From assembly GCA_964465185.1 (NCBI GenBank), contig CAYXKX010000001.1:16585-80584 (forward strand): a DNA stretch of 64,000 nucleotides, in the 5' to 3' direction. Below the pieces are notes generated by a model. That model made no database searches. It saw nothing but the letters and a program-made list of their open reading frames with translations, and was not told the DNA's origin. This stretch comes from an uncultured Chitinophagaceae bacterium (GTDB taxonomy: Bacteria > Bacteroidota > Bacteroidia > Chitinophagales > JADJOU01). Shown here one piece after another: positions 53,647 to 64,000 of the stretch (the stretch's first letter is position 1; every line of letters starts with the position of its first letter). The translations under genes and the position numbers were made by a program.

Positions 53647-56397
53647 TTAAAGAAATTGAGAAGTATAGCCTGACTTACAGGATTTTAAATTCTCAACTAA
53701 TCCTTGAAAAATCAAAGAGCCTCCACCATCGCCACCTTCTGGCCCTAGATCTATGACATAATCTGCATTGCGAATTACGTCCATATTGTGTTCTATTATA
53801 ATAACAGAATGCCCATTTTTCACTAGTTTCTCCATAGCAATTAGAAGCTTTTGTACATCGTAAAAATGCAGGCCTGTTGTCGGTTCATCAAAGATGAAAA
53901 GGTGCTTTGCCATACCAGTACTCTTAGCTAGATAGCTAGCCAATTTGACACGCTGAGCTTCTCCGCCACTGAGGGTAGAGCTAGACTGACCTAATTTTAA
54001 GTAGCCAAGACCTATTTCTTCTAAAGGTTTAATTTTCTCAACAATGGATTTATGACCTTGAAAAAAAATGACAGCGTCTTCAATAGTCATTTCTAATACG
54101 TCGAAAATATTTTTTTCATTATAGGTTACATCTAGCACATGTGTTTGAAAGCGCTTCCCTTTGCACTCGTCGCAGACCAACTCAACATCAGCTAAAAACT
54201 GCATAGAAACAGTTTGTACGCCATCACCTTTACAGCTTTCGCATCGTCCGCCGACTACATTAAATGAAAAGTCTTTGGGCATTAATTTGAGCAATTTAGA
54301 GGCGGGTAAATTGGAGAATAAATCACGAATAGCATCATATGCTTTGACATAGGTCACAGGATTGCTTCGACTGCTGCGCCCTAAGGGATTTTGATCTATG
54401 AGTTCTACATGCTCTATACTCTTTATATCACCCTTTATATCACTGTGCAGCCCAGGCTTATCAACTGGATTTCCTAGCTTAAGCATTAAGGCAGGATAGA
54501 GTATTTTTTTTATCAAAGTCGTTTTACCAGAGCCCGAAACTCCCGACACGACAGTTATACAATTTAATGGAATTTTAACGTCGATGTTTTTCAAATTATG
54601 ATGGCTAGCGCCAATGATTTCAATATATTTTCTAAAACTTTGAAAATACTCCGTTCGCTTGACTTGTTCTATTCGGGTTAAATAAAGTGTAGTCAAACTA
54701 TTTTTATCAGAAGATAATTTATCAAAATCGCCTTGATAAACAACATGTCCACCATGCACTCCCGCTTTAGGACCAATGTCTATAATATAATCACTCGCTC
54801 TTATGATATCTTCCTCGTGTTCAACAACAACGACTGTATTGTTTAAATCACGTAATTTTCTCAAAACTGTAATGAGTCTCTTTGTATCTCTAGGGTGTAG
54901 GCCAATAGAAGGTTCATCTAGAATATAGAGCGAATCTGTTAGGTTACTCCCAAGCGTTCGAGTCAGGTTTATGCGCTGACATTCTCCCCCACTTAGTGAA
55001 TTCGCCAATCGATTTAAAGACAAATATCCCAAACCTACATCATTCATAAAGCCCAAACGATATTCTATTTCAAATATAATACGTTTCGAAATTTCGGAGT
55101 CATTTGCATTAAGCTTTAGATTTCCAATAAAATCTATGAGCTGCCAAATAGACATAGAAAGCAAGTCAACAATAGGAGTATCTTGAATCTTGACATTAAA
55201 AGCATCTTTTCGAATTCTGTGTCCGGAACATTCTTTACATAGACTTTTGCCACGATATCGCGAATACATAATTCTATACTCGATTTTATACAAATTGCTT
55301 TCGACCATTTTAAAAAAATCATTGATTCCTTTGGTATTTTTATTTCCATCCCATAGAAGGTCGAGTTCTTTCTTAGTCAATAAATGATATGGTCGGTGAA
55401 TGGGAAAGCCATTTGCTTCTGCTTTTTTAATGAATGCCGTATGATACTCTTTTGATTTAGCTCCTTTCCAAGGTGCCACGCACTCTTCAAATAGTGTTCT
55501 AGTTTTATCGGGAATCACCAAATCATCATCTATTCCTAGCACATTTCCCATTCCTTCGCATGCTTGACAAGCACCATAAGAATTGTTGAAGTTGAAAAAT
55601 TGAGGACTCGGTTGTTCAAATATAATACCATCTGCCTCAAAGCGATTATTGAAAGGGTGAGTTTTATTTTGATCTATATTGTATAGGACACATTCGCCAT
55701 GGGTCTCTTCAAAACAAGATTGAATACCATCGGCAAGTTGTTGGTAGAAATCTTCGCTAGATTCATCAGATAATGAAAATCTCTGGACTACAACGGTTAA
55801 ATTCTTTTCTTTTTTCCAATCAGCCAAAGATTCTAAAACATCATCTATTTTTTCAAATGAATTTTTTCTATAAACACGATTGAAACCCTTAGATAATAAA
55901 ACGGTTAATTGTTGTTCTAAAGCTTTTTCTAGTTTGATTTCAAATCCGAGAAACCATTTATCAGATTGTTTTTGTGCTTTCAAAAAATTGACAACATCAG
56001 AAACCTCATCTTTGGAAACTAATTTGCCAGATTTTGGAGAGTATGTCTTTCCAATCCTGGCATACATCAATCGCAGATAATCATAAATCTCTGTCATAGT
56101 TCCCACTGTCGAGCGGTTGGTCGCTCCTGCAACCTTTTGTTCTATCGCTATGGCAGGGCATAGACCCTTTATATATTCGACATCGGGTTTGTTCATACGC
56201 TGCAAAAACTGGCGCGCATAGCTTGATAAACTTTCGATATATTTTCTTTGACCCTCAGCATAGAGGGTATCTATGGTCAGCGAAGACTTTCCTGAGCCAG
56301 ATACGCCTGTAACAACCACGAGTTTATTTCGCGGAATGGTAACGTCAATATTTTTTAGATTGTGGGTTTTAGCCCCTTTAATCTGTATATCTTGCAT
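53647..56397 (-). CDS. uvrA: UvrA-family excinuclease ABC subunit A (divergent; lacks zinc-module-1 ligands)
   Basis: Two ABC ATPase modules ([10 protein letters not shown] twice, LSGGE signatures), and CxxC pairs for Zn modules 2 and 3 ([15 protein letters not shown]; [16 protein letters not shown]). Confidence 0.9.
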   Translation of the reverse strand: MQDIQIKGAKTHNLKNIDVTIPRNKLVVVTGVSGSGKSSLTIDTLYAEGQRKYIESLSSYARQFLQRMNKPDVEYIKGLCPAIAIEQKVAGATNRSTVGTMTEIYDYLRLMYARIGKTYSPKSGKLVSKDEVSDVVNFLKAQKQSDKWFLGFEIKLEKALEQQLTVLLSKGFNRVYRKNSFEKIDDVLESLADWKKEKNLTVVVQRFSLSDESSEDFYQQLADGIQSCFEETHGECVLYNIDQNKTHPFNNRFEADGIIFEQPSPQFFNFNNSYGACQACEGMGNVLGIDDDLVIPDKTRTLFEECVAPWKGAKSKEYHTAFIKKAEANGFPIHRPYHLLTKKELDLLWDGNKNTKGINDFFKMVESNLYKIEYRIMYSRYRGKSLCKECSGHRIRKDAFNVKIQDTPIVDLLSMSIWQLIDFIGNLKLNANDSEISKRIIFEIEYRLGFMNDVGLGYLSLNRLANSLSGGECQRINLTRTLGSNLTDSLYILDEPSIGLHPRDTKRLITVLRKLRDLNNTVVVVEHEEDIIRASDYIIDIGPKAGVHGGHVVYQGDFDKLSSDKNSLTTLYLTRIEQVKRTEYFQSFRKYIEIIGASHHNLKNIDVKIPLNCITVVSGVSGSGKTTLIKKILYPALMLKLGNPVDKPGLHSDIKGDIKSIEHVELIDQNPLGRSSRSNPVTYVKAYDAIRDLFSNLPASKLLKLMPKDFSFNVVGGRCESCKGDGVQTVSMQFLADVELVCDECKGKRFQTHVLDVTYNEKNIFDVLEMTIEDAVIFFQGHKSIVEKIKPLEEIGLGYLKLGQSSSTLSGGEAQRVKLASYLAKSTGMAKHLFIFDEPTTGLHFYDVQKLLIAMEKLVKNGHSVIIIEHNMDVIRNADYVIDLGPEGGDGGGSLIFQGLVENLKSCKSGYTSQFL

Positions 56398-56680
56398 GGA
56401 AGTTTGGAAATCTACAAAGTTATACTAAGAAGACTATTCCATACTATGAATTATGTAATTATTTTTTATTCCCAATAAATGCTACTAACCGCCATAATAT
56501 ACTTTTACAATAAATTAACACAATATGCGTTTAAAAATTAAACTTGAACAAAAAAAAAATATCTTAATGTCATAAAAAGTTATTACTTTTGTGATAGATA
56601 ACAAAAAAAAATTTCGAAAGCGCCTATGGTATAAAATCTCTACTCAATAATTATTTATTAACTTTCTAAAAACGTTGAGT

Positions 56681-57256
56681 ATGAAGACCAAGGTAGCTAT
56701 GCAGGATATCGATCTTATCCACCAGTATGTAAACGGTGACGACACCGCATTTGAGGCTTTATTTTTAAAGCACAAAGATAGAGTTTACACTTCCATTTAC
56801 GTTATTATCAAGGACCACGATTTGGCCGATGATATTTTTCAGGAAACCTTTATTAAAGTTCTTCACAAACTAAGGGAAGAAAAATATTCTGAAGAAGGAA
56901 AATTTATTCCATGGGTAATGCGAATTGCGCATAACTTATGCATGGATCATTTCCGAAAGAATCAAAAAGAGAAAATCGTAGCAAATGATAATCCCGAATA
57001 TGATATTTTAGATAATTTATCTATTGAAGAGTCATTTAAAGAAGATCAAATTATTTGCGATGAAGAATCTATTGATATTTCTAAATTTTTAGAACTTCTG
57101 CCAGATGAGCAAAGAGAGATTATTGTGCTTAGACACTATTATGATTATAGTTTTAAGCAAATCGCAGAAATGACTGGCACGAATATAAATACTGCATTGG
57201 GTCGCATGCGCTATGCTTTGATTAATCTCCGAAAGTTGATTAAGAAAGGAAAGTAG
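56681..57256 (+). CDS. ECF-type RNA polymerase sigma-70 family factor
   Basis: Region 2 (DLADDIFQETFIKV, PWVMRIAHNLCMDHFRK) and region 4 (REIIVLRHYYDYSFKQIAEMTGTNINTALGRMRYA). ATG at 56681; the track begins at a TTG at 56675. Confidence 0.85.
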   Translation: MKTKVAMQDIDLIHQYVNGDDTAFEALFLKHKDRVYTSIYVIIKDHDLADDIFQETFIKVLHKLREEKYSEEGKFIPWVMRIAHNLCMDHFRKNQKEKIVANDNPEYDILDNLSIEESFKEDQIICDEESIDISKFLELLPDEQREIIVLRHYYDYSFKQIAEMTGTNINTALGRMRYALINLRKLIKKGK

Positions 57257-57292
57257 ACCTTAAGACCAAGAATTTTTTAGTTTTGCTCTCAC

Positions 57293-58354
57293 ATGAAAGA
57301 GCACCCTTTAGTTCAGTTTGATTATCCCATTTCCGAATCTAATATTGGAAAGCATCCCGCTGAGCCAAGGGATGAGGCCAAGCTATTTATTTACAATACG
57401 CAAACGGATGAAGTTGTAATTGATAAATATTATAATTTATCCCACTTTTTACCAGCAGAAAGTTTAATGGTAATGAACAATACGGGCGTTATCCCAGCAA
57501 GAGTTGTTTTTACCAAAGATACAGGGGGCAAGATAGAAGGATTGATTCTATTTAACGAGGGCATACAACCCGATGGAACTATTCCCGCCATTGTAAATAA
57601 GAAAATTGTACCAGGGAGAAGGCTCTTTATTGAAGAGTATACCTTTGAGATAAAAAAACAAGATAGCCAATATTTCTATTTAAAACCCATGTTTGATGTG
57701 GAGCTACTTCCTGAAATTTTAGTCAAATACGGCACGACTCCAACCCCTAAATATTTGGGTAAATTGGACATGGATGAAACTATGTTGCGAGATCGCTATC
57801 AAACGATTTACGCAGAAGAAAAGAAATCGGTGGCCGCTCCGACTGCTTCCTTGCATTTTACGCAAAGAGTTTTTGAAAGTCTTTCTAATAAAAATATACA
57901 ACGCGTCGACGTAACGCTGCATGTTGGTATGGGAACATTTGCTGAAGTTTCTGAGGAGAATATTCAAAAAAGGAAATTACATATGGAGCCCATTTCAATT
58001 TCAAGGTCAACGATAGAAAAAATTAGACAAACAAAAGACGAAAAGAAAGAAATTATTGCAGTGGGAACTACAGCAATTCGAACCCTTGAGTCGCAGTCAG
58101 AATTATTATTAGACCCAGATTATAACTCCGATATTCTCACAACCACTGATCTCTTTATCCTTCCAGGTTTTGACTATAAAGTCGCCGATATTCTCATCAC
58201 CAATTTCCATGTACCCAAGTCGTCGTTAATGGCTCTGGTACAAGCCTTTTTAGAACATAAAAAATCAAAAAAGGATTTAGTAACCCTCTATAAAATCGCA
58301 TTGGAGAACGAGTTTAAGTTTTATTCTTTCGGAGATAGTATGTTAATTATATAA
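57293..58354 (+). CDS. queA: S-adenosylmethionine:tRNA ribosyltransferase-isomerase
   Basis: N-terminal FDYPISES..HPAEPRDEAKL, then SVAAPTASLHFT and AVGTTAIRTLES motifs. Confidence 0.93.
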   Translation: MKEHPLVQFDYPISESNIGKHPAEPRDEAKLFIYNTQTDEVVIDKYYNLSHFLPAESLMVMNNTGVIPARVVFTKDTGGKIEGLILFNEGIQPDGTIPAIVNKKIVPGRRLFIEEYTFEIKKQDSQYFYLKPMFDVELLPEILVKYGTTPTPKYLGKLDMDETMLRDRYQTIYAEEKKSVAAPTASLHFTQRVFESLSNKNIQRVDVTLHVGMGTFAEVSEENIQKRKLHMEPISISRSTIEKIRQTKDEKKEIIAVGTTAIRTLESQSELLLDPDYNSDILTTTDLFILPGFDYKVADILITNFHVPKSSLMALVQAFLEHKKSKKDLVTLYKIALENEFKFYSFGDSMLII

Positions 58355-58360
58355 ATAAAT

Positions 58361-59683
58361 TCACCTCCATCTGCCAATATTATTCCAATACTGTGTTTTT
58401 GTTAAATTCATTGCAGGAGTATTTCCCGCATGAATATGATAGGTCCACCAACCGTTAAAATAGAGCGACAGACTAAATAGTATTCCAAATAAAATTCTGG
58501 TAGTTTTTTTTATCATCATATTCTCAATCAACGAACCCAAAGGAAAGGCTAATAAGGGAAAATACTGAATCATAGCGCGCCCAGAGTACCAGCCATAATC
58601 AATAATATCCCAGGCGGTGATGAGATAATGTGAGATAAGGATGAGCACAACAACGGTCAAGCGCTCACAACCAAAACGCATAAAATAGTACAAGCCAAGG
58701 TAGGACAATATCATGGCAGGACTGTAAATTAAAAACCCAGATTTGTAGCTAAGGAAAAATTCAACTAAATGAGGCTTTAGCCAAGAGAATCCTTGATCTG
58801 CATATGAATATGCAAACCAGTCGTTAATCGCATACTTCCAATAAAAAAACTGGATGCTAGGAAGTATTATAAAGCATAGCAGACCAAGAAGAATCCAGTT
58901 TGTTTTTGCTGACCAGAAGGTGAATCGGGATTTAAAATCATTCAAAGAGTTAATGCCCCATAGGAATGGAATGAGTATACAAATAACATCAGTCGGTCGA
59001 ATGAGGGTGACAAATCCACATAGAAATCCTAAAAGCATTGTTTTTCGTGCACTAGGCGATACATAAAATTTCATTGTCATATAAATGACCAAGCAATAAA
59101 GGGAAAAGAGGAGGGGATTCGCTTGGGTTTGATCAATAGATAAATAGTTTAAAAGAGGGGTGCAGATTATAAGAAAAAGCAAGGCAATTCCTGTGATTTT
59201 ATCGCTAAAATAATTCAATAGAATTTTTCGTAAAAGAAATACGCCCACTAAGGCATAGAGAAACATACCTATCCCCAAAAAAGCTTGATATGGAAATGAA
59301 AAACCATCTGATGGGTGCGAATTGGAGATGAGCGTATAGCCATGTGCCAGTAAAAAAAAGGGTGACATAGCTAAAGCCTGCCCGCAGTTGTATTGCATAA
59401 TTCTACCCGAGCTAGAGTTGTATCTTCGAGCTTGTTCAAAGTGAGGAGTAGGCGAATACTTTTCTCTAATATTGTATTGAAATTTACATTCTTTTAAATC
59501 TTTATAAATAAAGATGGCAGGCAGATACATATAATAACCAGAGACGTCCCAAGAAATAGTTGCTTCACTGCCTCCCTTTGTCCATTTGGGATAGAAGGAA
59601 AAGCCAGCATATACCATCATGCCATAACAAGCAAGCAGAGCCAATAAAGAATAGCGATTTTTTATTTGATTAAATCTATCCAT
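58361..59683 (-). CDS. Polytopic membrane protein, candidate GT-C-type (ArnT/PMT-like) glycosyltransferase
   Basis: 440 aa with more than 10 hydrophobic helices. The assignment rests on topology and general resemblance only. Confidence 0.45.
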   Translation of the reverse strand: MDRFNQIKNRYSLLALLACYGMMVYAGFSFYPKWTKGGSEATISWDVSGYYMYLPAIFIYKDLKECKFQYNIREKYSPTPHFEQARRYNSSSGRIMQYNCGQALAMSPFFLLAHGYTLISNSHPSDGFSFPYQAFLGIGMFLYALVGVFLLRKILLNYFSDKITGIALLFLIICTPLLNYLSIDQTQANPLLFSLYCLVIYMTMKFYVSPSARKTMLLGFLCGFVTLIRPTDVICILIPFLWGINSLNDFKSRFTFWSAKTNWILLGLLCFIILPSIQFFYWKYAINDWFAYSYADQGFSWLKPHLVEFFLSYKSGFLIYSPAMILSYLGLYYFMRFGCERLTVVVLILISHYLITAWDIIDYGWYSGRAMIQYFPLLAFPLGSLIENMMIKKTTRILFGILFSLSLYFNGWWTYHIHAGNTPAMNLTKTQYWNNIGRWR

Positions 59684-60231
59684 TCCAATTGAATGCTCTC
59701 GGTTAAATCAGCTTTATAAAAATCAGAGAGTGCTTTTGATTTTATATCGTATTTATCTTCTTTTACAGGCTCTAGTATTTCAATAGCTTTCTTGGAACGA
59801 GGTCCCCAGCGAAATAGTTCTTTCTGTTTTTCATTTAATCCGAATACAATTGGAATAGATTTAGAGCCGTTTGTGAGAAATAGATTCATTAATTCTTCGT
59901 TTTCATCGCGCTGATGAATTTTGATTTCGATATCTGGTTTGATTATTTGAATACCGCGGAGAAGAGGAAGGAGTATGCAAGCATCTAAGCACCAGGCTTC
60001 CGTTATGAGGTGCAAACTGCGTACTTTAGATTTTTGAAAGGCGTTAAATAATTTTTTATTCAACGAAAAATGAGATTGAATATACTTTTCCAGCTCGTCG
60101 TTTTTGACAATATGTGGATGATAATCATGCCCATAGTGGATTCCAGACTGAGCTCTAATAATAGATTCAATAATGACATCAAAAAATTCAACCGTATGGC
60201 TGGAGGCTTTGGAAATGGCTTCTTCTAACAT
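59662..60231 (-). CDS. Thioredoxin-fold family protein
   Basis: The segment ITEAWCLDACILLPLL resembles the WCxDA motif of flavobacterial thioredoxin-like proteins. It overlaps both neighbouring genes. Confidence 0.55.
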   Translation of the reverse strand: MLEEAISKASSHTVEFFDVIIESIIRAQSGIHYGHDYHPHIVKNDELEKYIQSHFSLNKKLFNAFQKSKVRSLHLITEAWCLDACILLPLLRGIQIIKPDIEIKIHQRDENEELMNLFLTNGSKSIPIVFGLNEKQKELFRWGPRSKKAIEILEPVKEDKYDIKSKALSDFYKADLTESIQLEWIDLIK

Positions 60232-60926
60232 ATGATTTGAATTTTTTCGATCGGTATTAACTCAATTTGATGTAACGCACGATAGAGCTGAATAACGGCT
60301 ATGACGTCGTTTTGACAATATTCAACGATTCTCATCAAATCATTTTCATGCCAATAGATATGACCTACTTGACTACCATCAATATCCGCCTTGGGAGTAG
60401 GAATATTAAAAATAGTTGTAAGGGTTTCTAAGGAGGTATAGTTTTTATAATCCCCAAATTTCCAAAGCTGTAGGGTATCCAAAAGTTCTATTTCCCATGG
60501 TTTTTTATCCTGAAAATCTAAAAGAGAAGGAATTGAAATTCGGTTGATCAGAAATCGACGACAGAGATAAGGAATATCAAATTCTTTGATATTATGACCG
60601 CAGAAAATATAGTTTTTTTTCAGTTGAAGGCAAAAGTTTTTGAACTCTTCTAACAATATTTTTTCAGTATCCGCTGCAAAGGACTTAATTCTAAATTCAT
60701 CTTTTGCGCTGTGATAATAACCCACGGAAATACAAATAATTTTTCCGTATTCTGCGAAAATAGCGGCTTTAGTTTCGTAGGCCTCTTCGATATTTAAGCT
60801 TTTGAGATATTCATTCTTCTCATATTTTTTTTGCCAAATATGCTTTACCTCATCTGAAGCCGCATTAAATTTTTTATACTGAGAAACGGTTTCTATGTCT
60901 ATAAAAAGTATGCTATCTTGTTTCAT
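60225..60926 (-). CDS. 3'-5' exonuclease (DEDD/RNase H-like fold)
   Basis: Exo I motif LFIDIETV, then GHNIKEFDIPYL and Y.QNDV-type (EYCQNDVIA) motifs. ATG at 60926; the track begins at a TTG at 60938. Confidence 0.7.
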   Translation of the reverse strand: MKQDSILFIDIETVSQYKKFNAASDEVKHIWQKKYEKNEYLKSLNIEEAYETKAAIFAEYGKIICISVGYYHSAKDEFRIKSFAADTEKILLEEFKNFCLQLKKNYIFCGHNIKEFDIPYLCRRFLINRISIPSLLDFQDKKPWEIELLDTLQLWKFGDYKNYTSLETLTTIFNIPTPKADIDGSQVGHIYWHENDLMRIVEYCQNDVIAVIQLYRALHQIELIPIEKIQIIC

Positions 60927-60975
60927 ATATTTAGTCAAAATTAGTTCTCAAAAATAATAGTTTGAATTTGTTTTC

Positions 60976-62250
60976 TTACAAATACTTTTTCGGCCACCAC
61001 TTCTTCAATAATTGTAAAATCTCATTCTCACGAGGATTTTTATTAGGCGCGTATAAAATCGCATCCTTGACTTCGGTTGGTAGAAATTCTTGCTCAATAA
61101 AGTTGCCTTCATACTTGTGTGCATATTGATAGTCTTTCGCATAGTCGAGTTCCTTCATAAGTTTTGTAGGTGCATTTCTCAAGTGCAATGGCACAGGGAG
61201 GTCTCCAGTTTCTCTGATCAACTTCTGCGCAGACTTTAAAGCCATATAGGATGCGTTACTTTTGATTGAGGTAGCAAGGTAAACTACTGTATGGGATAGA
61301 ATAATACTACACTCTGGGTAGCCGATTTTAACGACGGCTTCAAAACAGGTATTGGCTAGCAAGAGTGCATTGGGATTAGCCATTCCGATATCTTCTGATG
61401 CAAAAATGATCATGCGACGGGCGATGAACTTAGGGTCTTCGCCACCTTCTATCATGCGGGTCATCCAGTAAACAGCGGCATTAGGATCAGAGCCACGCAT
61501 GGATTTTATAAATGCACTGATAATGTCATAGTGAAATTCTCCATTCTTGTCATATTTTGCACTACTGCTCTGCACGATGGAATGTATCAATTCATTGTTG
61601 ATGACTAATTTTTCTTGCGATGAACTCTGACTCGCCAATTCTATCATTCCTAAAAGCTTTCGAGCATCACCTCCAGAGAGTCTTAGAAGGGCATCCCACT
61701 CTATGATTTCAATGGTGCGTTTATTTAGTGATACATCTTTTTCTAATGCTGATAAAGCTATTTTTTTTAAGGAGTCAGAACTCAACTCCTCTAAAACATA
61801 AGTTTTACATCTAGAAAGTAGGGCGCGATTGACTTCGAAAGATGGATTCTCGGTTGTAGCACCTATAAGTAAAATGCGCCCTTCCTCAACAGCCTTTAAT
61901 AATGAATCTTGTTGAGACTTATTGAATCGATGTATTTCATCAATGAACAATAAAACGCGCCCAAGTTCAATACTTTTCTCAATAATTTCACGTATATCTT
62001 TGACGCCAGCCGAAATAGCTGAAATGGAGAAAAAAGGCAAATCTAATTCTGCAGCTATGAGATAAGCCAAGGTAGTCTTTCCTACGCCGGGATTTCCCCA
62101 AAAAATGATCGAGGGGCAATTCTTTTGTTTGAGAAATTGACTAATAACCCCGTTTTCGGAAATGAGTTTTTCCTGACCGATATAGTCCTCAAGTCGATTT
62201 GGACGCATTCGCTCCGCCAGAGGTTTTAGTAGTTCTTTCGATTTTTCCAT
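60976..62250 (-). CDS. rarA: Replication-associated recombination protein A (AAA+ ATPase)
   Basis: Walker A GNPGVGKTTLA, Walker B LFIDEIHRFNK, GATTENPSFEV, and the MgsA C-terminal region (YDIISAFIKSMRGSDPNAAVYW). Confidence 0.93.
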   Translation of the reverse strand: MEKSKELLKPLAERMRPNRLEDYIGQEKLISENGVISQFLKQKNCPSIIFWGNPGVGKTTLAYLIAAELDLPFFSISAISAGVKDIREIIEKSIELGRVLLFIDEIHRFNKSQQDSLLKAVEEGRILLIGATTENPSFEVNRALLSRCKTYVLEELSSDSLKKIALSALEKDVSLNKRTIEIIEWDALLRLSGGDARKLLGMIELASQSSSQEKLVINNELIHSIVQSSSAKYDKNGEFHYDIISAFIKSMRGSDPNAAVYWMTRMIEGGEDPKFIARRMIIFASEDIGMANPNALLLANTCFEAVVKIGYPECSIILSHTVVYLATSIKSNASYMALKSAQKLIRETGDLPVPLHLRNAPTKLMKELDYAKDYQYAHKYEGNFIEQEFLPTEVKDAILYAPNKNPRENEILQLLKKWWPKKYL

Positions 62251-63149
62251 TGAGTGATGAATAGGGGTAAAAATACAGATAAAAGTATAAAAACTACTCC
62301 AGCATAAAATTGAAGATTGAAACCCGTGTGTTCATGGAAGAGGAGGGCTGCAAAGATTAAGCCATAAATGGGCTCAAGATTTACGGTAAGTGTCACAAGA
62401 AAAGGTTCTAATTTTTGCAAGGCAAAAATGGAAAGTAGAAACGGAACATTGGTGCAGAGAAAACTGAGAATAATAATATAAAATCCGTTGCTGATATTGA
62501 TCTGATCCAGAAAATGGAAATTCCCAAAAAAGAAAACAAAGAGGAACAGGCAGAGCCCCCCTGAAATCATCTCGACAAATGATAAAACAGTTGGTTCTAC
62601 TCTATTTGACATTTTTCCATTCATGATTGTAAAAACAGAAGCGAGAAAACTGGACATGATTCCATAAGCAATAGCCCATTCATAATGCCCTGGATTATGG
62701 AGGTCTAATGCCTTTATTTTATTTCCATTTGCTATAAAATACATCCCAAAGATCGCGATGATACTGATGATGATTTTTTCTAGAGAAATTTTTCTAGAGA
62801 CTCGCGTGAAATATTCTATCCAAATAACAAACATGGGACTTGTGCCAAGGCAAACTAATGCAATAGAGGAAGAATTATTTTCTTTGATAGATTGATAGAA
62901 GCAAAGCCAGTGAATGCATATGATGGCGCCTATTAAGCACAGCCATAAAATCTGCTGCCGAGACAATTTATTGACATGTAGTCTAGTCATCGGTAGAAGA
63001 AAAAATCCGAAGGCTGCAAGAAACATGCGAATTAATACCAGGCCCTGGGTTTCTATAGTAATAAGCTTTCCCAATATGGCCGTAAAACCCCACAGAAAAA
63101 CGGCAAGGTGAATTTGAAACAAGGGGTTAGAAAATAAACGAGGCTTCAA
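62226..63149 (-). CDS. EamA/DMT-family transporter
   Basis: Ten hydrophobic helices in a two-fold EamA-like arrangement. I prefer the TTG at 63149 (MKPRLFSNPLFQIHLAVF..). The ATG at 63224 would overlap the divergent aminotransferase gene by 35 nt. Confidence 0.7.
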   Translation of the reverse strand: MKPRLFSNPLFQIHLAVFLWGFTAILGKLITIETQGLVLIRMFLAAFGFFLLPMTRLHVNKLSRQQILWLCLIGAIICIHWLCFYQSIKENNSSSIALVCLGTSPMFVIWIEYFTRVSRKISLEKIIISIIAIFGMYFIANGNKIKALDLHNPGHYEWAIAYGIMSSFLASVFTIMNGKMSNRVEPTVLSFVEMISGGLCLFLFVFFFGNFHFLDQINISNGFYIIILSFLCTNVPFLLSIFALQKLEPFLVTLTVNLEPIYGLIFAALLFHEHTGFNLQFYAGVVFILLSVFLPLFITQWKNRKNY

Positions 63150-63189
63150 TTTAGATTTATAACTTTGTAAAAGTATAAAAAACCATTCT

Positions 63190-64000
63190 ATGAACAGAAA
63201 ACAGTTTATTGCTTCGTTGAGCATTGGTGCGCTATCAGTACCTAGCCTTTTAAGTGTTAACTCAAAAGATAAGGTAAAGGTTGCATTGCCTTCGACAGAA
63301 AGCTGGGAGCAAATTCAAAAGCAGTTTAAGGTTTTAAAAAACCATATATACATGAATAATGGCACGATGGGCATAACACCAAAACCTGTGCTCAAGGCAC
63401 TGGAGGAGGCTTTTGATACATTAGCTCTTATTGGGGCCTATCCATCATATACGAAGATATTAAAAAATACACTCGCGACTCTAGTTAAGGTGGAACCTAG
63501 TACCATAGCGATAACCAAGAATGTAACAGAAGGGATAAATATAGCATGCTGGGGACAGAATTTAAAGGAAGGGGACGAAGTTTTAATGACTAAGCATGAG
63601 CATGTAGGCGGCTGTGCGGCCTGGTTATATCGAGCACGAATACACGGAATCAAAATTAGAACCTTTGAATTAGGAAAAACAGCCGAAGAAACTTTTTCTA
63701 ATTTCAAGAAAGCCATTTCACCTAAAACAAAGGTAGTGGCGGTGCCTCATATACCATGCACCATAGGTCAAATATTGCCGGTAAAAGAAATATGTGCCGA
63801 GGCAAGAAGGCAAACTATTACATCTATTATTGATGGGGCGCATCCGCTTGGTATGATTCAATTTAGTATTGAAGATATCGATTGCGACTATTATGCGGGC
63901 TGCTTGCACAAATGGCTATTAGCTCCTTTGGGCTTAGGATTTGTATATATCCGTAAAGACAAACTAGAATCGACTAATTTATTTAATGTTGGTGCGTATA
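63190..64000 (+). CDS. Class V aminotransferase-fold PLP enzyme (cysteine desulfurase / isopenicillin-N-epimerase-like), 3' end outside the window
   Basis: It is absent from the ORF track because no stop is reached. ATG at 63190, open to the window end. The translation MNRKQFIASLSIGALSVPSLL...IYMNNGTMGITPKPV...TKNVTEGINIA...DGAHPLG...YYAGCLHKWLLAPLGLGFVYIRK is typical of the family. The two minus-strand track ORFs here are antisense shadows. Confidence 0.8.
   Translation, partial: MNRKQFIASLSIGALSVPSLLSVNSKDKVKVALPSTESWEQIQKQFKVLKNHIYMNNGTMGITPKPVLKALEEAFDTLALIGAYPSYTKILKNTLATLVKVEPSTIAITKNVTEGINIACWGQNLKEGDEVLMTKHEHVGGCAAWLYRARIHGIKIRTFELGKTAEETFSNFKKAISPKTKVVAVPHIPCTIGQILPVKEICAEARRQTITSIIDGAHPLGMIQFSIEDIDCDYYAGCLHKWLLAPLGLGFVYIRKDKLESTNLFNVGAY

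Noticed and set aside
56398-56674. Regulatory RNA or small gene in the 277-bp AT-rich gap between uvrA and the ECF sigma gene.
   Set aside because: It contains only A/T homopolymers and one TAnnTTTG-like box (TACTTTTG, 56584..56591) that fits an ordinary sigma-gene promoter. There is no convincing structure or ORF.

Overview
This 64 kb low-GC window looks like chromosomal core DNA from a Bacteroidota, probably Flavobacteriia-like. Three things support that: a T9SS C-terminal sorting domain, a TonB-dependent receptor with a CarboxypepD_reg N-domain, a GSCFA protein, and TAnnTTTG-like promoter boxes with no obvious Shine-Dalgarno sites. Gene density is high and most genes are on the minus strand.

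Confidently recognisable housekeeping genes include metH (5' truncated by the window edge), mfd, a uvrD/pcrA-type helicase, hisS, tex, mnmG, ybeY, anmK, dcd, recQ, tsaB, a uvrA-family gene, queA and rarA. An unlisted class-V aminotransferase ORF runs off the 3' edge. I saw no rRNA, tRNA, CRISPR array, transposase or integrase.

The best candidate for something new is an orphan, monocistronic TIR-domain protein (46638..48134). It has a long uncharacterised helical body, a C-terminal tail-anchor helix and an S/G/D-rich tail. No known TIR partner gene is nearby, and a nested inverted-repeat structure lies immediately downstream.

Other points worth a second look:
- A co-directional trio of a DNase-I-like EEP protein, a secreted GH19 enzyme and a small SET-domain protein.
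- A three-gene TonB-receptor cluster in which every protein carries a His-rich motif; the receptor's signal peptide has no canonical start codon.
- An NlpC/P60 lipoprotein whose signal peptide is split by a T6 tract, downstream of a T8-A-T18 homopolymer.
- Two copies of the perfect palindrome GTTCCACGTGGAAC in front of mnmG.
- A symmetric heptamer array bounded by a 17-bp perfect inverted repeat upstream of tex.

All functional calls come from motif recognition by eye. No database search was run.
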